DNA of 63,581 bases, counting the filler, from Collodictyon triciliatum (taxonomy: Eukaryota), in assembly GCA_043381765.1 (NCBI GenBank). It is 4 parts of 4 records of this genome, joined end to end, with 100 filler letters (N's around TTAATTAATTAA, not from the genome) between each part and the next. Parts side by side here need not be neighbours in the genome. Positions count along the whole stretch, not along the records: positions 29,936 to 59,335 come from JBHJMP010000957.1; positions 59,436 to 62,020 come from JBHJMP010001025.1; positions 62,121 to 63,581 come from JBHJMP010001132.1; 1 more part is not named here. One strand, 5' to 3'. The notes under the pieces were generated by a model that saw only the letters and a list, made by a program, of their open reading frames with translations, was not told the origin of the DNA and did not search any database. Below, piece by piece: positions 52,639-63,581 of this stretch; positions within the stretch are counted from its first letter, which is position 1; each line of letters opens with the position of its first letter. A program made the position numbers and the translations under genes.

Positions 52639-53071
52639 GGTTTACAACTTCGCGTGGGGAGTTAATTGGGTACAACTATTGACTTAGTCGAGATTAAGTC
52701 GCGGCTTATAAATATCCGCGAACTATAAAAAATAATAGTAATGAAAAAATGAATTTTTTTTTTTTTTTTAGAAAATCAAGAAAATAAAGGCCAGCCGAGA
52801 ACCAAACTCCTAGTAAATAAAAAAATAGTCGTACAGAAAACTCCAATTGATTAATAAAATAAATAAAACAAAAGAATACCACGATAATAGAAAATAGAAT
52901 GGATAAAATAAGCGATAAATATAACTCAGCGACGCACAGCTTTGGTTTTTTTATTTCCAGTAAATGACAGCAAAACAACAAAGGTGAGTGTGCGATGTTT
53001 CATCGCTCGTCTGCTGTGTGGATATGCGACACTATGTGCGTTATGGATTTCCTGCGACTTATGTAGTTCAT

Positions 53072-56000
53072 TTAAACATGTACAGGAAGGATATGTGCTG
53101 GTCGACGATTCACAAGATACATGATCGTTCCGAGTATCACAACTGTGGTTCTAGATTATTTGTGTTGTGCATATGAATTAGTTATAGCAATCACGAAAAG
53201 AAAAGGAAAAGGAAAAGGAAAAAAAGAAAAAAAAAGTAGGATTATAGTAACTTGATAGAATTCTAATTCAAGAATCATACCCAATTAGCAGAGCTATTCC
53301 AACATAACTAGAAACAAGTTCGTGGATTAAGGCACGTCTTGCGGAGTTATGAATGCCCATTGTGTCACCTAATTCAATTTAGTCCGTACATCAGCTACAC
53401 GAACCGGGAATTCAGAGGATTGTGACAATAAATAATGTATACGTCTCAGCATGTTCATACCGTCAATTCCATCCTGATTAAGCGAATTAATATTGTCCTG
53501 AATAACATTTCTCTTTCCACCTATAAGTAACCATAATTCTTTTCTTTGGACACGAGAGTTTTTTTCCCTTAAATAGAGAAATAAGAAAAAGAAAAAAAAA
53601 GAGAAAAGATGAAAAAGAAGAAAAAGAAGAAAAAGAAGAAAAAGAAGAAAAAGAAGAAAAAGAAGAAAAAGAAGAAAAAGAAAGCAGAGTGCGCGGATAT
53701 ATACTTGCCTTTTAGTCTTCCAAAAATTTGCTCCCTCAGCGCAGCTCTAATCTCATCCACCTTTTGTTAATTGAGTATTTTATTAAATATTTATTGGGCA
53801 TAAAGGGTGTGTGTGTTAATTTAACAAACATGATCCTTATTAGACGTAGAAGTAGGGCCATCGGTACTCTCCTATATGCAGATTGAACCCACGGTTAAAT
53901 TCGGAAATATTATATCGCCTTATAAAGTAATAAAAAGGGAAAATCGATACAATTTTTTTATGCGTTTATCAATATAAAAAATAAAACGTGATTCTCACCA
54001 CTTTGGGCTCGAATTTTCGGAAGCGGTTGAAGTTTAATAAGTCCTGTAGCTTATTCCTTCTATATTCAAAAGTTTTTGTCAAGACAGTTGATATTGCAAG
54101 TTCAATACAGAGGACAATAATTTAGAAATAAAAAACGAAAAAAACAAAACGCTTAATTTCGTTTATAATTTCAATATTATATAGCTGAAAAGTTTTTTTG
54201 TTCAACGAGAGAAAAAGTAGCTTGTAAATCAATCAAAATCTCATATATAATGCATATTAAAAGAAAGGTAACAGAGTAACATAACCATACCCTTCATACT
54301 GCCTATCAACTTCGTTTCTTGTTTGAGTTACGCGGGGCATATGGCTTTCTTCATCGCCTGCTGCATCGTCCACCTTTTCCTCTTCCTTTTCAGCATCATC
54401 TCCAACCATGTCCCAACCATCAGAGCTTGGGAACATCATATCATCTATTCATATGTTTCCCCTTCCAGTCCATATGACTTCATCCTGATAAGTGAATAGA
54501 TACGATGTAGGAGATGACATAAAATTACCAAATTCTCCGTAGTACATATCACGTTCTCCATAGAGGTTGGCCCCCTCAAGACCAGCTGAATTTGGGCCAA
54601 AAGTTCCTTCAGCAAACTTCATTGTTTGTTAGTCAATCGAAAAGCCAACTTATATTTCTAGCATGTATGTGCGTATTCAAGACTTCGAGACTGACATCGC
54701 CAAAAGGATCTTCATTATGAAGCTTATCAACTTCTCCCACGTTCTCTTGACCGTCTGCATTGTCCTTCCTAAAACCAAAATATTTAAGCCCAGAAAAACT
54801 ATCGAAACACAAGAAATAAAATATAGAGATGGGTCTCCACATACTTATCCTCCAATTCTTGCTCAACAATAACTTCATCTTGGACCCAGTTCCCCATTTC
54901 TTCATCTGCATCTGGGTCAGCCAAAGCTCCCTCCTACCACAAATGTAGATATGAGGTTTGACTGCAATACCCATATTCTAAGACCAAAATATAAAATATG
55001 CTATAATATTTATCTATATGGTTAGATAAATATAAGGTCAGAATATATAAAAATATTAATTTAACAAATAATTTGAGTCTGTATATATGAAGTATTCCCC
55101 CTGAATAGTTAAAATTGAACGAATCAGCTCAAGAAAAGCAACAAAATAGCAACAACTACAAAAAAAAAACCTCCATCTTGCACATATCCAAAAGAATAAT
55201 AATAATAGAAAAATGATTAAATAACAAATAAACAAATGCAAGTGCCACAAAATAACATTCGATGATATTCAAGATTACTGCATCACAGCATAACTTCAAC
55301 ACATGATACATCATAGTGATACTGTTCGAATGTAGATGAATTTACCTGAGAATGAAACGCTAGACTTGGTGTGTTTTGGAAATCGAAGTCGTTTACTTCA
55401 TTTTGCAAAGGACGGTCGCCTCTATTGCTGTCATCGGGTGCATTTAAAGCAGTACTATTACGTTCTACAGAGTCATCTTTCAATTTCCAATCTTCATCTT
55501 CATCTTCAGTCTGGGTGCCGTATTTTTTCTCGGTATCATCCTTCCACACAAATGCGCCATTCGTTTCTTGATTAATCTCCTGAAATAAATGAAAGCGATG
55601 AATGTAGTATATGGCATAATATATTGATACCTCTGTATTACAATCATACACGAACGATGGATAAATAAACAAGCAAACAAGCAAACAAATAAACAAATAA
55701 ACAGAAAAAATAGAAAAATAGACAGATAGACAACTAACAAATAAAAATAAAAATAAAAATAAAAATAAAAATAAAAATAAAAATAAAAATAAAAATAAAA
55801 ATAAAAATAAAAATAAAAATAAAAATAAAAATAAAAATAAACAGACAAATAGGCAAATAGACTACTAAACAAACAATAAGTCCTGTTTTGGCCTCTGTTT
55901 TAAGATAAAGGCTCGAAGTGCTTTTTGTAACTTAGTGAATAGAAAGAAAAGATCCTTCAAGTTTGATGAAAAGGATTTCTTGTGTTATCCTTACTTTGTC

Positions 56001-56148
56001 GTGAATTCAAAAAAAAAAAAAAAGGGTGTAAAACCTGCTCTATCGAACGAGAACCAGCTTCTTCCAGGGCAAGACAACCAAAAGAACTTGCCAGAAGGAC
56101 CAGCGCCACAAGAAAAATAGCGGGTATGCGCCACTTTGAGCAGTACAT
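53072..56148 (-). CDS. Type-I membrane protein: signal peptide, long acidic ectodomain, C-terminal TM helix and short tail
   Basis: N-terminus MYCSKWRIPAIFLVALVLLASSFG; Asp/Glu-rich internal exons; spliced TM SYVGIALLIG|TTVVILGTIMYLV followed by NRRPAHILPVHV*. Confidence 0.7.
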
Positions 56149-57270
56149 ACTTTTTCTTTTCTATTTCCCCCTCTGGCGTAATAAGTAAAAAGCGTCCTAT
56201 GCAGTAAGGAAGGCAAACTGTGGTTATAGAGCAACTTGTGAAGACCCTGAGACTTTTGAGCCACATGCTCCAGACTTTCAGACGGGGACTGTGAGAGACC
56301 ACGAGGAAGGATGCCCTCGCCCGACTGTTTTTCCTCCGATCGCCCAATCCTTCGAAACAGCGGGCAAACAGCCACGTGGCACAAAAGCGGCAAGGAAAGA
56401 AATCAAATCGTGCACCGAACGAAAGTGGAATTTAAACATTTTGAAGAATAAGATGTCACCAACATTCTTTAGGTACAATAAAGGAATAAAAAGAATACCA
56501 CTAACATTGTGCTACTCAAAATGGGAAACGAGATTCTATATCTACTCCCAGCTTCGAACCCACAAAAGCGCACCCCAACAGGGTTGTCCCCTCTATTTCA
56601 TTCCTGCCCTTCTTGGAAACTATTTCATGCCCCACGCCCAATTCTAAGAGCTTCCCCACCCTCGGCGCGCGTCCTGCCAAGCCACTCCCCATGAAGCTCT
56701 TCTCGAACATGTCAAATAAACTGAAAAGAAAAAGAAAAAGAAAAAGAAAAAGAAAAAGAAAAAGAAAAAGAAAAAGAAAAAGAAAAAGAAAAAGAAAAAG
56801 AAAAAGAAAAAGAAAAAAAAAGCAAAAAAAGCAAAAAAGCAAAAAAAAGCAAAAAAGAAAAATTTAAACTAAAATCAATTTTTTTCAGTTTTACAGCTGC
56901 GCCCTAAGTGGACACATATTGCTGCTTGTCTCGCATTTGATTAGAAAGCCAACAAAATACAAGCAAACCCGATATTCTATAGCAGATACTTGAAAGTCGT
57001 TCATCGATTCTGCGGAGCTTGGCCTTCCATTGCAGCCCTATCCTCTGCGCTCTTGTCGTCGCGCCCACACGCTCATACGTTTCAATAAACAATCCACCAC
57101 CTTGTGGCCAGATTTCATTATTTTTTTTTTAATAATAGAGGACGTTTCCCACTAAGTGAACTTGTTATCTTGGTCATGATGCGAAAGTAATTTTTCTCTC
57201 TTTTTTCTTTTCTTTGGAGGCGGTAGGTTTCATCCCTTGGCTAAAAGGGCGGTGTGTGCGGGCGACTGCC

Positions 57271-59031
57271 TCAATCGAGAAGCGGATTACGCACATACGT
57301 TGTAGTGTCAATGTGGTGTTTCATATCCAACAAGCCCAGCGTGGAATAATGGACATATCCTGTCATGTCAGTGTCGAAATCGCCGGTGCGGAGTGTGCTA
57401 TTGTGTACGATTGAACGCATACAAAATTTAAATCATTATTCAATAATTTGGTAAAACGCCATATAAAAAACATGCACCACCTATATGAGCGAATCGGACT
57501 ACCTTATTGTGTTGTGTTGTTTAAAATTAATGTTAACATATTGATGATTGAAGATGATTTACTTGATGATTCGGTATTTAGTCGCTATTGTACTGATATT
57601 AAATTGGCCGTCGATGTTGAAGGGGGTTTGGGCTCGGCCAGACGCAGAGAATTTGTCGTGGTCATGCAGCAGGCCGATACAGAGAGATTCATCTCCGGGC
57701 TCCTTGCTTCCTATATGAATACAAGACATATCGCTGGTCAATAATTACAATGTGCAATTCTCTTGCGTTACATCTCATTTCGCACAACTGGGAAAGAAAA
57801 AAATATAATTCTCTTGCATTAAGTTAGAAGTATTCAAAATTAATGAACGAAGAAAAGGTATAGCCAAATATTCGAGAAATGTGTATTCTACGAAAAAAGA
57901 AAAAAGAAAAAAGAAAAAAGAAAAAAGAAAAAAGAAAAAAGAAAAAAGAAAAAAGAAAAAAGAAAAAAGAAAAAAGAAAAGAAAAAAAAGAAGGAAACTG
58001 AATATTTAAAATGAAAGATATATATATATTTGAGGCCTTACGAAAGCAAACATTCACATCAACCGCTTTTATATGTAGTGCTTGTACATTTGTATTTTCT
58101 ATTTGCATCGAAAACTTTGTATCGAGAATGTTTCCTTTGGTACTGAATAAGTTAGCGCGGGTAAAGCTGACAAGTTCGATTTGTGGTGTATTCAAACAGA
58201 TGAAGTAAATGACTATAGCAGACATCAAGAGGAGTACAAGCAACGATATGACCACCAGTAAGACAGTTCGCTGTCTCATGTCTGATTGTTTCCTGTTCAA
58301 TTATTAAAAAAAAAAAAAAGAGTCTTTTGTCAACAGGGAGAAAAACGATTTTTTTTTTTTACATAAACTGAATTATCTGGTGGATAATATAGTAAATAAA
58401 AAAATAAAATTGCAACAAATTAAATAGACATATCATGCAAATGGACGAGTGAAGTATACGATTTCTTGTCGCTGATCAAAGGCTCTTTCTCGTGCGGATG
58501 AGAGGACATCTTTGGTGAAGCCGGAAATATTCTGGTTGAATGCATATGATTCAGAGAGGGATCTACTACTACCACAGTTTCCGGGGCGTTTGCCTCAAAG
58601 ACACGAGTATAGTAATTCACCCCTACATCTGAGGAAAAAAAATTATAAGGTATGTATAAATATGCTAATAATTGAATCATAATATCTTTCAATTAGATTT
58701 ATTATTATTATTATTTAGTAATTTGTAATCCATAAGAATGGAAAAAATAGATAGATAATCCTGTGCATGAGCGATTAATAATACGACTATGATTAAACAA
58801 AAGGGATATTTTTTTTCTAGCAAGAAATTAAATACCAAGTGAGCTCGGAGCAAAAGAACGAGTACCAATCTTCTCCGAATGACTACGTTCACGTTGAAGT
58901 GGAGTTGCCATCCCGAGAATGGGAGACCGGTAGAAAGTTGGGGCTTCGGAGTCGCCCGAGAAACCGTGTGGTTGCGTCTGATCGAAGCTGCTCATGTCAA
59001 GCAGGTGCTTTCTGCAATAAGTTGATTTCAT
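57271..59031 (-). CDS. Type-II membrane protein with a lumenal LEA_2 (WHy)-like domain (TMEM106/Vac7/Tag1-like architecture)
   Basis: Disordered N-terminus; TM VLLVVISLLVLLLMSAIVIYFICL; then TPQIELVSF...KFSMQIENTNVQALHIKAVDVNV, matching the LEA_2 'I.N.N...L.I..V' pattern. Exons chain in phase to a stop at 57271. Confidence 0.72.
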
Positions 59032-59436
59032 GGAAGGTCAGACACAGTTCTATGTTGAAAAGTTTTCCCTTTGAAGTTCTAATTAAACCATAAAGGAGTG
59101 AAATATTAAAATAACCAAAAGCAAACAAAAAAGCAAACAAAAAAGCAAACAAAAAAGCAAACAAAAAAGCAAACAAAAAAAGCAAACAAAAAAAGCAAAC
59201 AAAAAAAGCAAACAAAAAAAGCAAACAATAGCAACTTAATAAAAAGAATAAAAAGAATAAAAAGAATAAAAAGAATAAAAAGAATAAAAAGAATAAAAAG
59301 AATAAAAAGAATAAAAAGAATAAAAAGAATAAAAANNNNNNNNNNNNNNNNNNNNNNNNNNNNNNNNNNNNNNNNNNNNTTAATTAATTAANNNNNNNNN
59401 NNNNNNNNNNNNNNNNNNNNNNNNNNNNNNNNNNNA

Positions 59437-59631
59437 CCCCCAGGAATATCACATCTGACGTGCCTCACAGAACTTCATGTAAGTTACAATCGCCTGTCAT
59501 CACTGCCCCCAGAGATATCGTCCTTGGTGCGCCTCAAATGGCTTTATGCTTATGCGAATCAACTGTCAACGCTGCCTCCAGAGATATCCGGCTTGAGGCT
59601 TCTTTCTCTGTTGTCGATCTATGCCAACCCT
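59437..59631 (+). CDS. Leucine-rich-repeat protein, internal exon (remainder in the gap or uncertain)
   Basis: PPGISHLTCLTELHVSYNRLSSLPPEISSLVRLKWLYAYANQLSTLPPEISGLRLLSLLSIYANP gives three 23-aa LRRs, ending at donor gtaagc. This frame is not in the ORF track. Confidence 0.85.
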
Positions 59632-60194
59632 GTAAGCTTTTTTTTTATGTTTTTTATGTTTTTTTAAGGTTTTTTTATGTTTTTTTAAGGTTTTTTTAAG
59701 GTTTTTTTTATGTTTTTTATGTTTTTTTATGTTTTTTTATGTTTTTTATGTTTTTTTATGTTTTTTATGTTTTTTATGTTTTTTTTTGGAACATAGTCAG
59801 AGACATACACTCCCAGTAAACATGAGAAATGGTATTGAAAAGCAAACCGCAGTCCACGGGACGGGTACAAAAGATTCTGAATGGTTTCCGTCTGCCGACG
59901 CGCATTTATCTTTGCTTCGACGGAGGCCATTCCTTCTGCTGCGTCTCCTTTTCTTTCACTCCTCCGCGTTGGATCTGCACGGGACTCTTTATCTACTGGC
60001 TCGATTGGAGTCACCGAGTTGTGCGGTGTTTCTCTCGTTTCTTTGCTCTGCTTTTTGGTTTGGTGCGATTGAAACGGGTCAGAGAAGTCTTTCTGATTGG
60101 TGTTTTTCTTTTTGAACAAGCGATCCTTGCAACGTCCAAAAATAAATCTGATAAACGGAAAATGAATATAATTCAAATAATGATATTGACTATA

Positions 60195-60288
<94 letters not shown>
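60195..60288. repeat. (AAT)n microsatellite
   Basis: Perfect AAT tandem run. Confidence 0.95.
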
Positions 60289-60290
<2 letters not shown>

Positions 60291-60675
60291 CTAAAAGAAT
60301 AAATAAATAAATAAATAATACATGGTCATCAATATATATATTATCAGATTTGAAGTGTATTATTGAATAAGCATTTTCAGAATAAAATCAATTACGAAAG
60401 CCTGAAAGATAAGAAGGGGGAAATATATGGACAAGGAAGAAACAAAAGTCAACTAAATCTTTGTTGGCCGGGATTAAAAATGAATTTGGATAATCGCTCC
60501 ACAAAATCAACAAGCTAGCATGTTGATTTTAATCATTTCCTTTTTCTTTTTCTCCTTTTATTTTTTTATAAGATTCGTCGAGAAAAGGGGTATGAGGGAT
60601 ATCGAGCAACCACGAATCAGAACCAAAAAAAAATAATTCGTGTTGCGTTGGTGTCGTTCAATCACTCCCCTGCCT

Positions 60676-63490
60676 TCAGTTGAACATGGAGAAGGCCAAG
60701 TGATTGAAATATTGGGTGAATGAGAGCTCGTCCGAGCGGGGGATTTTGCGCAAGAGTAAATCATATGCCTACAATCACAACAGGCGGAATGAGTGGTGAT
60801 ATATTAAATTGAATTAGGCGATTCACGTTTTTTTTTTGTTTTGTTTTGTTTTTGTTTTTGAGAAAGAAATATATTAGTCTGAAGAAAGAGTGAGATGTTA
60901 ATCATGGAGTACATCTCGGGTCATCGTCTGCAGTGAAGGCATGAGGCGAATCTGCTCTTCGAGAGACTCTTTATGCGCAGGCTCAAGGCGACAGACAAGC
61001 CATCGAGCCATGGACGTTCCTTCCTATGTTGTGGGACGAGAGGAGCGCAAGTGGGGTTCTGATTGAGTGCGACGAAAATAGTGGCTCAATTGTTTTTCCT
61101 GTTTTTCTGTTTCCTTTTCTATTGCCATCTGAAATATGATAAAGTGGTAGCTTTACTTTGAATTCCATGATAGAGGGGCTTGGGAATCTTCCTTTTGAGA
61201 GTCCTTTGGCCTTTTCACGGGCAACTGTCATGCGTTCATCCTCCAAAGCCACCATACGGCCGTACCTGAATTCCACAGCAAGTTACTGATATAATCTTTC
61301 AAGGTTGTGTGTATATTGATTTTATTGTGATAAATATAATAAAGAATATCAATTTTATGTATTTTTTATTTAGCGGTTCTCATATAAAGGAGAATACAAT
61401 TGACACAAGCAGCAAGATTGGATTCCGGAATGAAAAAAATTTCAAAAAAAAATTAACATATTCAAGAAGATTGATAAATATGTATGTGTGTGTTTTAGAG
61501 TACCATATGAATATTTCGGTTTGTTGGTCCATAACTAATATGTAATCCGACTGTAATGTGAGAGTAGTGACTGCAACCTGTGAATTGGCATATTGTGGTA
61601 TATTTTGAAAGTAAATTTAAATTATATCTCGTCATCAAATAATGCAAATTGATTGCAACAGATTTCACAGTACAAATAAAAAATGATCATAAAAATCAAT
61701 ATTTGGATTAGGATTATTTAAGAACTCTTATTTTTTGATATTTCGTTCAAGAATATGAAATATACTGTCTAAAATTTTGTACTGAAGAAGCAAACAAGTA
61801 AAAAGCGACATGAAAGATATACCCGCTCGATTGCTAGATTGTAGTCTATCATGTACAGAACGGGCTCTATATTGAAATCAGGGTCAGACTATGGCTCAGT
61901 TACTGGGCGCTCAAGAACTACTTTTAAAAGCCTTCCTTCTCTTTTTTTTTTTTTTTTTTTTTGAAAAAATCGGTATAGGCTGCTCTTTTAAAAAAAATTT
62001 TTTTTTTTTTTTTTTTTTTTNNNNNNNNNNNNNNNNNNNNNNNNNNNNNNNNNNNNNNNNNNNNTTAATTAATTAANNNNNNNNNNNNNNNNNNNNNNNN
62101 NNNNNNNNNNNNNNNNNNNNAGAAAGAGAAAGAGAAAGAGAAAGAGAAAGAGAAAGAGAAAGAGAAAGAGAAAGAGAAAGAGAAAGAGAAAGAGAAAGAG
62201 AAAGAGAAAGAGAAAGAGAAAGACCTGGGAATGACAAATTCCTCTATCGCAGGCCTGTTCTGGATGGGCTTCAATTGTGATGAAAAATATTTTGGCAAAT
62301 CAACATCATAATGCTTATCAGCAGCATCTGCGCTCTCCACAGCAACTATATTTTTTTTTTTAAAAAAAGAAAATCATTCATGAATATTGCTTGCTTTTGG
62401 CGGATAAATTAGATAGTTATGTGTGATATACATATGATACATAAACACCTGTTGGAAGAAGAAGGCGAATATATCGAGAATAATCGACTGGTCCAATTTG
62501 CCTTTTCCTAATATTTCGACTGCTCCCTGATATCGCTGTTGGTCGCGTAATTGCTGGAACAGATAACTTTTGCCTGTTCAATTTACGTCAAGACTATTAA
62601 TTAGAATCATAAATACGAAAAGTTTCAGGAACCGGGTTTGTCATCATCATTACCAGTATAAGTAAAAGAGGTACTCCAATATATTGCAATATATTTTATA
62701 TAAAATAATATAAACGGACCATGCTATGGAATCCTTCTTAATTTGTTGCCTTTGCGGTGCCACATTAGATATTATCTCCTCCATCGTATCCAAGAAAAAT
62801 TTTGTTGAGGCAAAAGTGGATTGCGGAAAAGACACAGAGAGCGTGGATGAAGCAGGAGAAAACCTTTTATAGTTTTTTTTTTAAAAAAAAAGACATGCAG
62901 TCAAGAAAGAAAAAAAAAGCATTGTAATTGACACCCTTTCACTTTTGTTTCAATAAGCAGAGTTAGATTAATGATTAAGTTCCAAACTTTGCACATGAAA
63001 TTTGACCGCGACAAGCCTCAGTTAGCTGCGGAGTATTGTATGCATACCCAAGTTTGAGCAAAACCACATTTGATATCATATGATACTTCAGATTAATCCA
63101 TGACATTATCCTTATGTAAGATTTATTAGATATTTTGTAATTAACTATGCCAAGTTATGTGCACAATCTGATTCTTGTTCATTTTTTCGAATTAAATGAA
63201 AAACCTTTTAATGATTACTTACCGACTCAGATTCTCTGATAATTTTTCATATGAATCAGAGTTCCAGTTGTAGCAATAGTATCTTACCGAATCGTCTTTG
63301 ACTGAAGTATAATTTTTTTAATTCACTCAGTTGAAATGAAAAATAGGCTCGATGAAGTAATTGAGTAATTTGCCCAGCAAATGTAAGTAAAAAGTCTTCT
63401 GCAAAGATAACCTTGCATCGCAGAGGCACATCGCCTAAAAACTGCTAGTCTTGAGGAGTCTGGCCGAGAAGTCAGTCCATGATACATGAT
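60676..63490 (-). CDS. 3' part of a multi-exon gene, possibly SZT2 (KICSTOR subunit)-like; continues beyond the window
   Basis: Spliced segment VRYYCYNWNSDSYEKLSENLSRIMSWINLKYHMISNVVLLKLGYAY resembles the SZT2 motif YNW...L.RLVQW.N...HL...L.QKLG as recalled. Further exons end AYDLLLRK...LAFSMFN* at 60676. Confidence 0.5.
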
Positions 63491-63581
63491 TTCTTTGTCG
63501 CTGGGTTCAAAAAAAAAAAAAAAAAAAAAAAAAAAGGAAAAAAAAAAAAAAGAAAAAAAAAAAAAAAAAAAAAAAAAAAAA

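Noticed and set aside
54446..54530. In-frame TGA (also a TAA near 7410) suggesting stop-codon reassignment or selenocysteine
   Set aside because: Both fall inside ordinary GT-AG introns in the better gene models. Well-supported genes end in TAA, TAG or TGA, and long exons have no internal stops.

Overview
Draft-assembly window from an AT-rich, intron-rich eukaryote, most likely an amoebozoan. This is inferred from Dictyostelium-type STAT, cAMP-receptor-like GPCR and GacA-like RhoGAP genes. Most ORF-track entries are exon fragments, antisense shadows or microsatellite artefacts, so genes were rebuilt by hand from splice sites and reading-frame phase. About 20 protein genes are visible: a large Ser-rich orphan, a 59-aa four-exon microprotein, a mitochondrial PPR protein, EME1, a 10-exon Na+/K+-ATPase alpha subunit, two tandem CAR/Crl-type GPCRs, an LFR/BAF250_C-like ARM protein, a transgelin/calponin, two RhoGAPs, an AT-hook+HMG-box protein, a bacterial-type (COG3596/DUF697-like) GTPase with an inserted zinc ribbon, a STAT-like protein, an acidic type-I membrane protein, a LEA_2 type-II membrane protein, an LRR fragment and a partial SZT2-like gene. 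There are many microsatellites, several N-gaps and three artificial TTAATTAATTAA gap linkers. I found no rRNA, tRNA, CRISPR array or recognisable transposon. No clear multi-gene novel system is evident; the best leads are single genes with unusual architecture. All family calls come from motif recognition by eye, not database searches.
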